From Escherichia coli (lineage in GTDB: Bacteria > Pseudomonadota > Gammaproteobacteria > Enterobacterales > Enterobacteriaceae): a DNA stretch of 64,000 bases. The stretch lies in the NCBI RefSeq assembly GCF_022846255.1, contig NZ_AP025682.1. One strand, written 5' to 3'. A program made the translations under genes and the position numbers. Positions 50,316 to 62,935 of the stretch are shown one piece after another. The notes under the pieces are model-generated. The model was not told the DNA's origin. It did no database searches and worked only from the letters and a program-made list of their open reading frames with translations. Within the stretch, counting starts at the first letter, position 1, and each line of letters opens with the position of its first letter.

Positions 50316-50975
50316 TTAACCAATAATATGAAGTGATGTCAGCGGGATATCGACCCCCAGCGCGCGCGAAAATAACCACTCCGGCTCGCCGAGATCATTA
50401 AAAGATTCCTCACCATTTAACAGCAGATATTCGTAAGTATCTTCGGTCACTTGCCGTTGATAGCCCATGGTAAAATTATGCACTTCCCATTTGGCATGGT
50501 TTTGATTTTCTACTTTTTCCAGCATGTAGACGGGTTCGATATTTCCCGGTTCTTCGCTGTTAAAAAATCGCTGCCAGCGTTTTTCCTGCCAGTTTAAGGT
50601 CATTGCCCCCATCACTTTGGCGTTGATCGCCTCGCGCCAGTGACTCTCTTTACTGATACCGTAGCTCTCTTCATAGACAAAGAGCTTGATATCATCAATG
50701 TCATCAATATCTTCGCCGCCAGTGGTATTGATTTGCAGGAACTCATCGCCCGAAGTGTAGTAACGGAAAATCTGGCTACCCCCGCCCAGATCGATGCAAC
50801 TGACGGCGGCCACGGTATATTCCTCACCCGGCAGCGCAATCAGCAATGCATCTTCCAGCAAACGAAACGCTAACGTATCGAGCGTAAAACCACTATTGAG
50901 ATGCAGACCCAACGGACCGCGAGCGATAGCAGGCTTATTATCCTTGCCAAACAGACGCTGGAAAAAACCAGACAT
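50316..50975 (-). CDS. yjfK: DUF2491-family protein YjfK
   Basis: 219-aa ORF matching YjfK (MSGFFQRLFGKDNKPAIARGPLGLHLNSGFTLDT...). Confidence 0.9.
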   Translation of the reverse strand: MSGFFQRLFGKDNKPAIARGPLGLHLNSGFTLDTLAFRLLEDALLIALPGEEYTVAAVSCIDLGGGSQIFRYYTSGDEFLQINTTGGEDIDDIDDIKLFVYEESYGISKESHWREAINAKVMGAMTLNWQEKRWQRFFNSEEPGNIEPVYMLEKVENQNHAKWEVHNFTMGYQRQVTEDTYEYLLLNGEESFNDLGEPEWLFSRALGVDIPLTSLHIIG

Positions 50976-51024
50976 ATTTTATCCTTAAAATAGTTGCCAG
51001 CCTTGCAGTGAGGCTGGCAAAAAA

Positions 51025-51723
51025 TTACTCGCCCTGTTGGCGTTGCAGTCTTGCTAATACATCCTGGGCGCTACTTTTATTGCTACCGCCAATTCCGGCT
51101 TCCGCCAGCTTTTCATCGAGATCGCGACCGTCTGCGACTTTTTCCAACTGTGCGGCAGCATCCAGGCGAGCCTGACGTTCGGCCTGACGCGTTTGCAGGC
51201 GTTTTAAGGATTCTGCCGCTGTCGAAACGCTGGAAGATGCGCCAACAGTAGAGGTCGTTACAGCCTGTTGTGCACGCTGCATGGCTTCAGTGGCTTTAAC
51301 GACTTCCATTTGCTGCTCAAACTGAGCGATACGCTGCGCTGTCGCTGTAACTGCTTTTTCCACGCCATCACGAGAGACTTCCAGATTCGACAACACTTGC
51401 TCTTCAGCGGTAATGAGATTCTCAAGGCGCGCGATTTCTTCAGCAACTTCGTTAATCAACGACGGATTCACGTTCTTGCTTAACGCTTCCAGCGCACGAG
51501 CTTCCAGACTGGCTTTACGCTCACGTAAATCTTTCAGCTTATCGTGACTTAATTTCACTCGCGCCAGCAGATCAACGCGAGATTTTCCGGCTTTATCGAG
51601 TTCAGTTTTTGCGTCACGAATATGCTGTTCCAGCATGCGCACGCCCTGGTTTTCTTCAATGGACTCTTCCGCCTGGGAGATAAACGATTTCCCCAGCGTA
51701 AATAAACTTTTTAAAATCCCCAT
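51025..51723 (-). CDS. yjfJ: PspA/IM30-family protein YjfJ
   Basis: 232-aa coiled-coil ORF (MGILKSLFTLGKSFISQAEESIEENQGVRMLEQHIRDAK...). Confidence 0.9.
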   Translation of the reverse strand: MGILKSLFTLGKSFISQAEESIEENQGVRMLEQHIRDAKTELDKAGKSRVDLLARVKLSHDKLKDLRERKASLEARALEALSKNVNPSLINEVAEEIARLENLITAEEQVLSNLEVSRDGVEKAVTATAQRIAQFEQQMEVVKATEAMQRAQQAVTTSTVGASSSVSTAAESLKRLQTRQAERQARLDAAAQLEKVADGRDLDEKLAEAGIGGSNKSSAQDVLARLQRQQGE

Positions 51724-51741
51724 AAATACCCGTCCTTGTAA

Positions 51742-52143
51742 TTAGTGTGAATATTCTTCTGTAATTTCAGCCAGATCCAATGCGTTATCTACCAGCGAAG
51801 TTATCTCAAGCAGGATATCTTCAAGAGAAGATTTAAGCGATAACGCACCGAAAACAATGTAATACTCTTCCTGTTGCACGCTGGAGATCCCTACCGATGA
51901 CAACGGCATCATCTTCTGATTTCTTAATAAGAAGGTATTAAATTCATCTGGATTGCTGATACTACTTACCGGACAAATAAAGGTTTCGATAATCATTTGG
52001 CGGGAAGTAAAAAGAATATTGATTTGCAAATCGCCATAATCATTCATTTTAATAATTAATGCGCTTTCGCTATTTGTTACATCAATATTTTGTTCAGGTA
52101 CAGTTTGCAGCGCCGTCGCCAGCGCCAACGGATTCCATGTCAT
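51742..52143 (-). CDS. yjfI: DUF2170-family protein YjfI
   Basis: 133-aa ORF matching YjfI. Confidence 0.88.
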   Translation of the reverse strand: MTWNPLALATALQTVPEQNIDVTNSESALIIKMNDYGDLQINILFTSRQMIIETFICPVSSISNPDEFNTFLLRNQKMMPLSSVGISSVQQEEYYIVFGALSLKSSLEDILLEITSLVDNALDLAEITEEYSH

Positions 52144-52269
52144 ATATTATTCCATATAGATTAAGTTTAAATATTAATAAAATGAATATTTGCAGTACGT
52201 AATTATCTTACCAGCTATAGACAAAAAAAAACCATCCAAATCTGGATGGCTTTTCATAATTCAGAGGAA

Positions 52270-53001
52270 CTAGCTGCGCTGACGAACCGCTTCAAATAAG
52301 CAAATTCCGGTTGCAACCGAAACGTTCAGGGAAGAAACACTTCCTGCCATTGGGATGCTGATCAACTCATCGCAATGTTCACGGGTCAGGCGACGCATAC
52401 CTTCACCTTCCGCGCCCATCACCAGCGCCAGGCGTCCGGTCATTTTGCTCTGATAGAGTGTATGATCCGCCTCGCCTGCCGTACCGACGATCCAGATATT
52501 CTCTTCCTGCAACATACGCATGGTGCGCGCCAGATTAGTCACCCGAATCAGCGGAACGCTTTCTGCCGCACCACAGGCCACTTTTTTCGCCGTGGCGTTG
52601 AGCTGTGCGGAGCGATCTTTCGGCACAATCACCGCATGAACACCAGCGGCGTCCGCGCTACGCAGGCACGCGCCGAGGTTGTGCGGATCGGTTACGCCAT
52701 CGAGGATCAGCAGGAACGGTTGATCGAGCGAAGCGATCAGATCCGGCAGATCGTTTTCCTGATACTGCCGTCCTGGCTTCACACGAGCGATAATGCCCTG
52801 ATGCACGGCACCGTCGCTTTTCTCATCGAGATATTGGCGGTTTGCCAACTGGATAACCACGCCCTGAGACTCAAGGGCGTGAATCAGCGGTAACAGACGT
52901 TTATCTTCACGGCCTTTTAAAATAAAGACTTCCTGAAAACGTTCAGGGGCGCGCTCCAGCAGGGCCTGCACTGCATGGATGCCGTAAATCATTTCGCTCA
53001 T
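52270..53001 (-). CDS. rlmB: 23S rRNA (guanosine2251-2'-O)-methyltransferase RlmB (SpoU family)
   Basis: 243-aa ORF matching RlmB ([33 protein letters not shown]...). Confidence 0.95.
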
Positions 53002-53025
53002 TAATGTACTCGTTGTTTACGTTTT

Positions 53026-53054
53026 GCCGGGAGCGCCACGCTTGCCCGGCCTAC
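53026..53054. repeat. REP-like palindromic unit between rnr and rlmB
   Basis: gccgggagcgccacgcttgcccggcctac. Confidence 0.6.
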
Positions 53055-53091
53055 GGATAATTCACCCTCTTCTGTTTGAAGAGGGTAATGA

Positions 53092-55533
53092 TCACTCTGC
53101 CACTTTTTTCTTCGCCGCACGCTTCGCTTTGGTCGCTGCGGCTATTTTCTGCGTTTTCGCCGATGGCTTTTTCGCTTTTCTCGCGTCTTTCTTCGCTGCT
53201 TTCGGCTTCGGTTTTTTCTCGCCGCGGAAGGCGCTGTCTGGCTCAAAGTTGACCTTTTTGCCGACCTGACGCCGCTTGCCGCCTTTTTTGCCTGCATCGC
53301 CTTTTTTCGCTTTCTCGCGCGCCGTTTTACCGACGTTGCGCGGTGCGCGTTCGCTGGAGATCAGGCTAAAGTCGATTTTGCGCTCGTCCATATTAACCGC
53401 TTCGACGCGAACTTCCACGCGATCGCCCAGGCGATAAGTCTGGCCGCTGGATTCACCCATCAGGCGTTGCCCTACCTGGTCAAAGCGATAGTAGTCATTG
53501 TCCAGCGAAGAGACATGGACCAGACCATCAATGAACAAGTCGTCCAGACGGACGAAGAAGCCAAAGCCAGTGACGCTGGAAATTACGCCTTTAAAGACGT
53601 TACCTACCTGGTCGAGCATGAAGTCACACTTTAGCCAGTCAGACACATCGCGCGTTGCTTCATCGGCACGACGTTCCGCCATCGAACAGTGCTGACCCAG
53701 TTGCAGCATCTCTTCCATCGAATAATGGTAGCCGCCGGTTTCAGTGGTGTTGCCCTGATGCCCCTGCTCTTTCGCCAGCAGATATTTAATGGCGCGGTGC
53801 AACGTCAGGTCAGGATAACGACGAATCGGCGAAGTAAAGTGCGCATAGGACTGCAATGCCAGACCGAAGTGACCACGGTTTTCCGGATCGTAAATCGCCT
53901 GTTTCATCGAGCGCAAAAGCATGGTTTGCAGCATTTCTGCATCAGGACGATCGGCAACCGATTCCAGTAACTCTGCATAGTCGCGCGGTTCCGGCTTGTT
54001 ACCGCCCGGCAATTCCAGCCCCAGCTCCGCCAGCACTGAACGGAAAGAGGTAATCGCTTCGGTGCTCGGCTTGTCGTGAATACGGAACAGTGCCGGTTCT
54101 TTGGCTTTCTCAACGAAACGCGCCGCCGAGATATTCGCCAGAATCATGCACTCTTCAATTAACTTGTGGGCGTCGTTACGCTGAGTCTGTTCGATACGTT
54201 CAATACGGCGTTCAGCGTTGAAAATGAACTTCGCTTCTTCGCTCTCAAATGAGATCCCACCGCGTTCTTCACGGGCTTTATCCAGCACTTTATAGAGGTT
54301 ATGTAACTCTTCGAGATGCTTAACCAGCGGCGCATACTGCTCGCGCAGATCCTGATCGCCTTGCAGTATATGCCAGACTTTGGTGTAGGTCAGACGCGCG
54401 TGAGAACTCATCACCGCTTCGTAGAATTTGTAGCCAGTCAGGCGGCCTTTCGACGAAACCGTCATCTCGCACACCATACACAGGCGGTCTACCTGCGGGT
54501 TGAGCGAGCACAGGCCGTTAGAGAGCACTTCCGGCAGCATCGGGATAACCTGCGAAGGGAAGTACACCGACGTACCACGATTACGCGCTTCTCTGTCCAG
54601 CGGCGTTGGCGGACGCACATAGTAGCTGACGTCGGCAATCGCGACCCATAAACGCCAGCCGCCGCCGCGTTTTTTCTCACAGTAAACTGCATCGTCAAAG
54701 TCACGGGCGTCTTCGCCATCAATGGTGACCAGCGGTAAATCGCGCAGATCGACACGGCCCACTTTTGCTTCTTCCGGCACTTCTTCTTTCAGCCCGGCAA
54801 CCTGTTGCTCAACAGCCTGCGGCCAGATGTACGGAATTTCATGGGTACGCAGAGCAATATCAACCGCCATGCCGGTGCCCATATTATCGCCCAGCACTTC
54901 GACGATTTTACCCACCGCTTTGGTACGGCGAGTCGGGCGTTGAGTCAGTTCAACCACCACCACAAAGCCCATCCGCGCGCCCATGATCTGATCGGGCGGG
55001 ATTAAGATATCGAAGCTCAGACGGCTATCGTCAGGAACCACAAAGCCGACGCCCGCTTCGGTGAAGTAGCGACCAACAATCTGGCTGGTTTTTGGCACCA
55101 GTACGCGGACAATACGCGCTTCACGACGACCTTTACGGTCAGCGCCCAGCGGCTGAGCCAGCACCTGATCGCCATGAATGCAGGTTTTCATCTGCTCGCT
55201 GGAGAGATACAAATCATCTTTACGCCCTTCAACTCGCAGAAAGCCGTAGCCATCACGGTGGCCAATAACGGTACCTTTCACCAGGTCGAGGCGTTCCGGC
55301 AGCGCATAGCACTGACGGCGAGTGAAGACCAGTTGACCATCGCGCTCCATCGCGCGCAGGCGGCGACGCAGGCCTTCAAGCTGCTCTTCGCCTTCAATGT
55401 GCAGTTCTACCGCCAGCTCATCACGGCTGGCCGGTTTTTCACGTTTGGTTAAATGTTCGAGGATAAATTCCCGACTAGGGATGGGATTCGCGTATTTTTC
55501 AGCTTCGCGTTCCTGGAAAGGATCTTGTGACAT
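53092..55533 (-). CDS. rnr: Ribonuclease R (3'-5' exoribonuclease) with Lys-rich C-terminal tail
   Basis: 813-aa product from ATG at 55533 ([28 protein letters not shown]...) preceded by GGAGG; ORF track start at 55575 is an upstream extension. Confidence 0.94.
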   Translation of the reverse strand: MSQDPFQEREAEKYANPIPSREFILEHLTKREKPASRDELAVELHIEGEEQLEGLRRRLRAMERDGQLVFTRRQCYALPERLDLVKGTVIGHRDGYGFLRVEGRKDDLYLSSEQMKTCIHGDQVLAQPLGADRKGRREARIVRVLVPKTSQIVGRYFTEAGVGFVVPDDSRLSFDILIPPDQIMGARMGFVVVVELTQRPTRRTKAVGKIVEVLGDNMGTGMAVDIALRTHEIPYIWPQAVEQQVAGLKEEVPEEAKVGRVDLRDLPLVTIDGEDARDFDDAVYCEKKRGGGWRLWVAIADVSYYVRPPTPLDREARNRGTSVYFPSQVIPMLPEVLSNGLCSLNPQVDRLCMVCEMTVSSKGRLTGYKFYEAVMSSHARLTYTKVWHILQGDQDLREQYAPLVKHLEELHNLYKVLDKAREERGGISFESEEAKFIFNAERRIERIEQTQRNDAHKLIEECMILANISAARFVEKAKEPALFRIHDKPSTEAITSFRSVLAELGLELPGGNKPEPRDYAELLESVADRPDAEMLQTMLLRSMKQAIYDPENRGHFGLALQSYAHFTSPIRRYPDLTLHRAIKYLLAKEQGHQGNTTETGGYHYSMEEMLQLGQHCSMAERRADEATRDVSDWLKCDFMLDQVGNVFKGVISSVTGFGFFVRLDDLFIDGLVHVSSLDNDYYRFDQVGQRLMGESSGQTYRLGDRVEVRVEAVNMDERKIDFSLISSERAPRNVGKTAREKAKKGDAGKKGGKRRQVGKKVNFEPDSAFRGEKKPKPKAAKKDARKAKKPSAKTQKIAAATKAKRAAKKKVAE

Positions 55534-55571
55534 CTCGGTTCCTCCGTTGTCATCTCTGATGAAGATTTTCG

Positions 55572-55997
55572 TCACTCCACCAGCAATAATTTATAAAGCG
55601 GTTGATTCTCTTCAACCAAATCGGCAAGCGTGTAGTTATCCAGTTCCGTAAGAAAACTTTGCACGGCCTTAGAAAGCGCCTGTTTCAACCGACAGGCAGG
55701 TGTAATGTGGCAAAACTCACTGCTGCAATTCACCAGCGATAAGGGCTCCAGCTCGCGCACCACATCACCAATACGTATTGCACTCGCCGGTTTACCCAAG
55801 CGAATGCCGCCATTTTTTCCACGAACAGCAGTCACGTAGCCGGCACGACTAAGTTGATTGATTATTTTGACCATATGATTACGGGAGACGCCGTAGACGT
55901 CAGTCACTTCAGAAATACTGGTCATCCGCCCTTCTGGCAATGACGCCATGTAGATCAGCGCACGTAATCCGTAATCAGTGAAACTCGTTAACTGCAC
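55572..55997 (-). CDS. nsrR: Nitric-oxide-sensing Rrf2-family repressor NsrR
   Basis: 141-aa ORF ([55 protein letters not shown]...) with three C-terminal Cys ligands. Confidence 0.95.
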
Positions 55998-56201
55998 ATC
56001 AACCTCAAAAGGGAAATCGGGGAAAAATACATTTATATTGATGATAAACCAGCCACAAGCTGTGTCGCTAATTTATTTCAGTTCGGGGAAGGAAAAAAGC
56101 GAGGATTTAACACTGTGTCGGATAGCGTAATGGCTTAACCGACACAGCAATGTATCACACTGTTAGCCCGGCAGGCAAAATATCTGCCAGGCGTACCAGA
56201 A

Positions 56202-57503
<1,302 letters not shown>

Positions 57504-57603
57504 TCAAAATCACCGTTTGCTTAAAAATGGATTCTACCATCGCTTTTTCAGAGTTACAGCACTTTTTGCACTCAAAAATGACCTCGATCAGTCTGTTTTT
57601 TGT

Positions 57604-57801
57604 TCAGCCAATCGTTTTCCTCAACATGTAGTAGACCACAACGCCCGCAACCACAAGTCCACCGCCAAAACGACGTAAAATATTATCGGGCAAATTGGTC
57701 ATCGCAGAGATCATCTTCTTCCATGCCTTCGGGTAAAGCATCGGCCCTAAACCTTCCAGTACCAAAACCAGGGCAAGCGCCAGCCAGATTGTCGAATTCA
57801 T
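57604..57801 (-). CDS. yjeT: DUF2065-family small membrane protein YjeT
   Basis: 65-aa two-TM ORF (MNSTIWLALALVLVLEGLGPMLYPKAWKKMISAMT...). Confidence 0.85.
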   Translation of the reverse strand: MNSTIWLALALVLVLEGLGPMLYPKAWKKMISAMTNLPDNILRRFGGGLVVAGVVVYYMLRKTIG

Positions 57802-57812
57802 TCATTATCCTT

Positions 57813-57856
57813 ATAGAAAAAGAAAACCACCGACATCCCTGAGGATGCGGTGGCTT
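57813..57856 (-). terminator. Rho-independent terminator downstream of hflC (end of hfq-hflXKC transcript)
   Basis: Hairpin ccaccgacatcc/ggatgcggtgg; on the minus strand the stem is followed by ttttctttttct. Confidence 0.7.
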
Positions 57857-57882
57857 TATTGACCTGTACCGCAGTCGTTATA

Positions 57883-58887
57883 TTAACGCGTTGCGGAAGT
57901 CGGCGTCTTCATGTAGCGGAAGAAATCGCTGTCCGGGCTCATGACCATCACGTCCTGATTGCCAGAGAAGCTGTTCTCATAAGCACGCAGGCTACGGATG
58001 AATGCGTAGAAGTCCGGATCTTTACTGAATGCATCAGCAAACAGTTTGGCTGCTTCGGCATCGCCTTCACCACGCATGATGCGGCCCTGACGCTCAGCTT
58101 CTGCCAGCGTTCTGGTCACTTCATAGTCGGCAGTCGCGCGCAGTTTTTCCGCTTCTTCCTGACCTTGTGAACGGTGACGACGCGCTACCGCTTCACGCTC
58201 GGCGCGCATACGGTTGTAGATCGCTTCAGACACTTCGGTCGGCAGGTTGATCTGCTTAATTCGCACATCGACAACTTCAATACCCAGCGCCGCCATACTG
58301 TTCGGGTTGATGACCGGAACTTTACCCTTCGTCTCAGCCGTTACGCGCTCTGCCGCTTCGGCAATGGCGTTATCTGCTGCCGGGGTAGTAACTTCATCTT
58401 CTGTACCCGCAGAACCGGAGTTCAGCGCGTCACGTACTTCGAGGGTCAGACGACCACGGGAATCGGTGACGATGTCTTTCACGTCCAGGCGACCAATTTC
58501 AGAACGCAGACGGTCAGAGAACTTACGTTTCAACAGCACTTCCGCTTGCGAAATGTCGCCACCACCCGTTGCCAGGTAGTAACGGCTGAAATCGCTGATG
58601 CGCCATTTGATGTAAGAGTCGACGATCAGGTCTTTCTTCTCTTTGGTCACAAAGCGGTCGGCCTGGTTGTCCATGGTCTGAATACGTGCGTCGAGCATTT
58701 TCACCGTTTCAATGAACGGTATCTTGAAATGCAGACCCGGCTCATAAACCAGAGGTTTGTTGTCATCGTCACGCAGTACCTTACCAAAACGCAGCGTAAT
58801 ACCGCGCTCACCTTCTTTGACGACAAAGACAGACATGTAAAGCACTACCAGCACGATGATGATAATCGCGATAACTGACTTACGCAT
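57883..58887 (-). CDS. hflC: Modulator of FtsH protease HflC (SPFH/band-7)
   Basis: 334-aa ORF matching HflC. Confidence 0.96.
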   Translation of the reverse strand: MRKSVIAIIIIVLVVLYMSVFVVKEGERGITLRFGKVLRDDDNKPLVYEPGLHFKIPFIETVKMLDARIQTMDNQADRFVTKEKKDLIVDSYIKWRISDFSRYYLATGGGDISQAEVLLKRKFSDRLRSEIGRLDVKDIVTDSRGRLTLEVRDALNSGSAGTEDEVTTPAADNAIAEAAERVTAETKGKVPVINPNSMAALGIEVVDVRIKQINLPTEVSEAIYNRMRAEREAVARRHRSQGQEEAEKLRATADYEVTRTLAEAERQGRIMRGEGDAEAAKLFADAFSKDPDFYAFIRSLRAYENSFSGNQDVMVMSPDSDFFRYMKTPTSATR

Positions 58888-58889
58888 CG

Positions 58890-60149
58890 TTATTCCCCCT
58901 GACGCTGGTAGTCGTTACGCTGCGCGTTGGCGCGGCGTTGGTCCATAATATCGCCCTGACTGGTGGACGACGTGTTGCTTGCTCCACTGGTTGTGGAGGA
59001 AGAGGCTGGCGGCAGACGCAGCAGATTGCTGGCACCGTTATCGCTCTTCGCCGCAGGGGCGTTACCACCTTTCAGCATCTGGTCTAACGGCAGAACCATC
59101 AGGTTGCCACCTTTGTCGTTAACCAGCACTTTGCGGGTGTTGCCCAACACTTTTTCCATCGTCTCGATATACAGACGCTCGCGAGTAATTTCCGGCGCGG
59201 CTTTATATTCCGGCAGAAGTTTAGCAAAGCGCGCCACTTCACCCTGAGCTTCCAGGATGGTCTGGGCCTTGTACGCACGCGCCTCTTCGAGGATACGTTG
59301 CGCCTGACCGTTCGCACGCGGCTGAACTTCGTTGGTATACGCTTCTGCTTCACGAATGTATTGCTGTTCGTTTTCACGCGCGGCAATCGCATCGTCAAAC
59401 GCCGCTTTTACTTCTTCTGGCGGACGAGCTGCCTGGAAGTTGACGTCCAGCAGCGTGATACCCATGTCATACGGACGAATCGTCTCTTCCAGTTCGCGCT
59501 GAGTATCGCTACGAATCACGGTACGACCTTCCGTCAGAATGCGGTCCATGGTGTATTTACCGATAACCCCGCGTAGGGCGCTGTCGGTAGCCTGACGCAG
59601 GCTGTCATCCGGGCTGGTCACGCTATACAGATATTTTTCCGGATCGGTGACGCGGTACTGCACGTTCATCTCAACGCGCACTACGTTCTCGTCCGACGTC
59701 AGCATCACACCAGAAGCTGCCAGTTCACGCACGGCTTCCACGTTCACCGGTTTGACTTCGTCAATAAACGTCGGTTTCCAGTTCAGACCCGGCTCAACCA
59801 GATGGCTGAATTTACCAAAGCGTGTTACCACGCCGCGTTCGGCTTCTTTAATGGTATAGAAACCACTGGCCGCCCAGATAATGACAATCGCTGCCGCTGC
59901 GATGGTAACGACGCGACCGCCAAGCTGCGGGCGCGGGCCTTGCGATGAACTGCCACCGCCAGATCCGGTGCCTTTACCGCCGCCCAGACCACCGAGCTTT
60001 TTGCTCAGTTTGCGGAAGATATCATCTAAATCAGGTGGCCCTTGATCGCGACCGCCTTTGTTTCCATTTCCCTCAGAGTTGCCGCCAGGTTTGCTGCTTC
60101 CCCACGGGTCGCGGTCTTGTCCGTTATTACCGGGCTGATTCCACGCCAT
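58890..60149 (-). CDS. hflK: Modulator of FtsH protease HflK (SPFH/band-7)
   Basis: 419-aa ORF matching HflK with Gly-rich N-terminus. Confidence 0.96.
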   Translation of the reverse strand: MAWNQPGNNGQDRDPWGSSKPGGNSEGNGNKGGRDQGPPDLDDIFRKLSKKLGGLGGGKGTGSGGGSSSQGPRPQLGGRVVTIAAAAIVIIWAASGFYTIKEAERGVVTRFGKFSHLVEPGLNWKPTFIDEVKPVNVEAVRELAASGVMLTSDENVVRVEMNVQYRVTDPEKYLYSVTSPDDSLRQATDSALRGVIGKYTMDRILTEGRTVIRSDTQRELEETIRPYDMGITLLDVNFQAARPPEEVKAAFDDAIAARENEQQYIREAEAYTNEVQPRANGQAQRILEEARAYKAQTILEAQGEVARFAKLLPEYKAAPEITRERLYIETMEKVLGNTRKVLVNDKGGNLMVLPLDQMLKGGNAPAAKSDNGASNLLRLPPASSSTTSGASNTSSTSQGDIMDQRRANAQRNDYQRQGE

Positions 60150-60234
60150 GTTTGTGCTCCATATTTGTTATGCGGTGATCCCTGTTGTCTTTCGACGCCA
60201 GAGGATATGACTCCACGCTTCAGACGCTACGCCG

Positions 60235-61515
60235 TTAGATCAGGTAATCGATCAACGCCGGTTCTTGTTTGCAGAGGCGACGCCAGTCAACGATCGGCAT
60301 ACGAACTTGCAGACTTACGCTGCCGTCCTCCTCCATCCACTCTTTTTCTATTGCCTGAAGCTGATAAAAACGACTTCTCAGGCGCCCTTCCTGCGGCGGC
60401 AGACGCAATGTATGCTGCGCCACCTCGCCGGAAAGACGCTCCGTCAAAGCCTGAAAAAGCTGTGGTATCCCCGCTCCGGTCTGTGCGGAAAGCCAGACAC
60501 GGATCGGTTTGTTCTCTTCATCTCTGTCAATACGCGGTTCGAAATCGTCCAGCATATCGATCTTGTTCATCACCAGCAGGGTTGGGATCTCGTGAGCGTC
60601 GATCTCTTCAAGAACCGTATTCACCGCTTCGATGTTTTCTTGTACACGCACATCCGCCGCGTCAATGACGTGCAGCAGCAATGTGGCTTGCCGCGTCTCT
60701 TGTAACGTGGCTTTAAATGCCGCCACCAGATCATGCGGCAGGTGGCGAATAAACCCTACGGTATCTGCCAACACGGTTTCACCGACATCCGCAACGTCAA
60801 TACGCCGCAACGTCGGGTCGAGGGTGGCAAACAACTGGTCTGCCGCGTAGACCCGCGCTTCGGTGATGCGATTGAAAAGAGTAGATTTACCGGCGTTGGT
60901 ATATCCCACCAGCGAAACAGTAGGAACGTCGGCTTTGATACGCGATTGCCGCCCCTGCTCACGCTGCTTTTCAACTCTTTCCAGGCGCGACTGTATCTGC
61001 ACGATGCGATTACGCAACAAACGACGGTCGGTTTCGAGCTGGGTTTCACCCGGACCACGCAAACCAATCCCGCCTTTCTGTCTTTCAAGGTGGGTCCAGC
61101 CACGCACCAGGCGCGTAGCCAGATGGCGCAACTGCGCCAGCTCAACCTGCAACTTACCCTCATGGGTACGCGCACGTTGGGCGAAAATATCTAAAATAAG
61201 GCCGGTGCGGTCGATGACACGACACTCGCACAAACGTTCCAGGTTACGCTCTTGCGCCGGGCTCAGGGCATGGTCAAAAAGTACGACCGAAGCACCCGTC
61301 GCTTTGACAGCTTCCGCAATTTCAACTGCTTTACCTTCACCTACAAAATACTTTGGGTGCGGCGCTTTACGGCTACCGGTAATCACCTGCAATGCTTCGA
61401 CACCGGCGGAAGAGACCAGAGATTCAAACTCCTGGAGGTCTTCCATATCTTTGTCTTGCGTAAAATAGATGTGTACCAGTACCGCCTGCTCACCAGCATC
61501 ATAACGGTCAAACAA
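60235..61515 (-). CDS. hflX: Ribosome-associated GTPase HflX
   Basis: 426-aa ORF with G1 motif GYTNAGKST. Confidence 0.96.
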   Translation of the reverse strand: MFDRYDAGEQAVLVHIYFTQDKDMEDLQEFESLVSSAGVEALQVITGSRKAPHPKYFVGEGKAVEIAEAVKATGASVVLFDHALSPAQERNLERLCECRVIDRTGLILDIFAQRARTHEGKLQVELAQLRHLATRLVRGWTHLERQKGGIGLRGPGETQLETDRRLLRNRIVQIQSRLERVEKQREQGRQSRIKADVPTVSLVGYTNAGKSTLFNRITEARVYAADQLFATLDPTLRRIDVADVGETVLADTVGFIRHLPHDLVAAFKATLQETRQATLLLHVIDAADVRVQENIEAVNTVLEEIDAHEIPTLLVMNKIDMLDDFEPRIDRDEENKPIRVWLSAQTGAGIPQLFQALTERLSGEVAQHTLRLPPQEGRLRSRFYQLQAIEKEWMEEDGSVSLQVRMPIVDWRRLCKQEPALIDYLI

Positions 61516-61590
61516 GCGTATAACCCTCTAAATAGATCAGCGGGGAACGCAGGATCGCTGGCTCCCCGTGTAAAAAAACAGCATGAAACC

Positions 61591-61911
<321 letters not shown>

Positions 61912-61984
61912 TTATATGCTTATTTGTACTTTGAACCTTTCGATTCTGAAAAAATTGCGCACGATACGTCTCAATTGTACACAT

Positions 61985-62935
61985 TCAGCCTGCGATAGCA
62001 CCAACAACCTGTAATACATCGTCACGCGCCTGTTCTGGTTTTTCACTGTCAAGCCAGTGAACCCCTTCCCAACCACGCAGCCAGGTTATCTGCCGCTTCG
62101 CCAACTGTCTCGTGGCGCAAACACCTCGATAAACCATTTCATCGTATGAGATTTCGCCTTCAAGGTAAGACCACATCTGGCGATAACCCACGCAACGAAT
62201 GGAAGGCAAATCCGTATGCAAATCTCCTCGGGCAAAAAGCGCCCGGACTTCTGCTTCAAAACCTGAAGCCAACATCTGATGAAAACGCTGCTCAATTCGT
62301 TGATGGAGCAGTTCACGGCTCGCCGGGGCGATGGCGAACTGATGCACCTGATACGGTAGAGCGTCTCCTGACGTTTGCGTCAGTTCCGTTAAAGTTTTAC
62401 CCGAAATGAAAAAAACTTCCAGTGCCCGGGAAAGCCTTTGTGGATCATTTGGATGAATCCTTGCTGCCGCAACCGGATCGATCTCCTGAAGTTGACGATG
62501 CAATGACTCCCAACCTTGCTCTGCCGCCTGTTGCTCAATTCTGGCCCGTACTTCCGGGTCTGCCGACGGTAGCGGCGACAACCCTTCCAGCAATGCCTTG
62601 AAATACAACATCGTACCGCCCACTAATAGTGGGATCCGCCCCGCCGCGGTGATATCGGCCATTTCCGCCAGCGCATCGCGGCGAAAATCAGCAGCCGAGT
62701 AAGCCTGCGACGGATCGCGAATATTCAGCAATCGGTGCGGCGCGGCGAGTAACTCTTCAGCGTTCGGCTTCGCCGTCCCGATATCCATCCCTTTGTAAAT
62801 AAGGGCAGAATCAACGCTTATCAACTCTACTGGTAAAATTTTACGCAGCTCAATGGCTAACGCCGTTTTACCGGAGGCCGTCGGCCCCATCAAAAAAATC
62901 GCCTTAGGCAGGCTCGCCTTACTGATATCACTCAT
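61985..62935 (-). CDS. miaA: tRNA dimethylallyltransferase MiaA
   Basis: 316-aa ORF with P-loop GPTASGKT. Confidence 0.96.
   Translation of the reverse strand: MSDISKASLPKAIFLMGPTASGKTALAIELRKILPVELISVDSALIYKGMDIGTAKPNAEELLAAPHRLLNIRDPSQAYSAADFRRDALAEMADITAAGRIPLLVGGTMLYFKALLEGLSPLPSADPEVRARIEQQAAEQGWESLHRQLQEIDPVAAARIHPNDPQRLSRALEVFFISGKTLTELTQTSGDALPYQVHQFAIAPASRELLHQRIEQRFHQMLASGFEAEVRALFARGDLHTDLPSIRCVGYRQMWSYLEGEISYDEMVYRGVCATRQLAKRQITWLRGWEGVHWLDSEKPEQARDDVLQVVGAIAG

Noticed and set aside
53065-53085. Hairpin ccctctt/aagaggg downstream of rnr as a terminator
   Set aside because: No T-run follows the stem on either strand, and rnr-rlmB are expected to be co-transcribed; more likely part of the adjacent REP-like structure.
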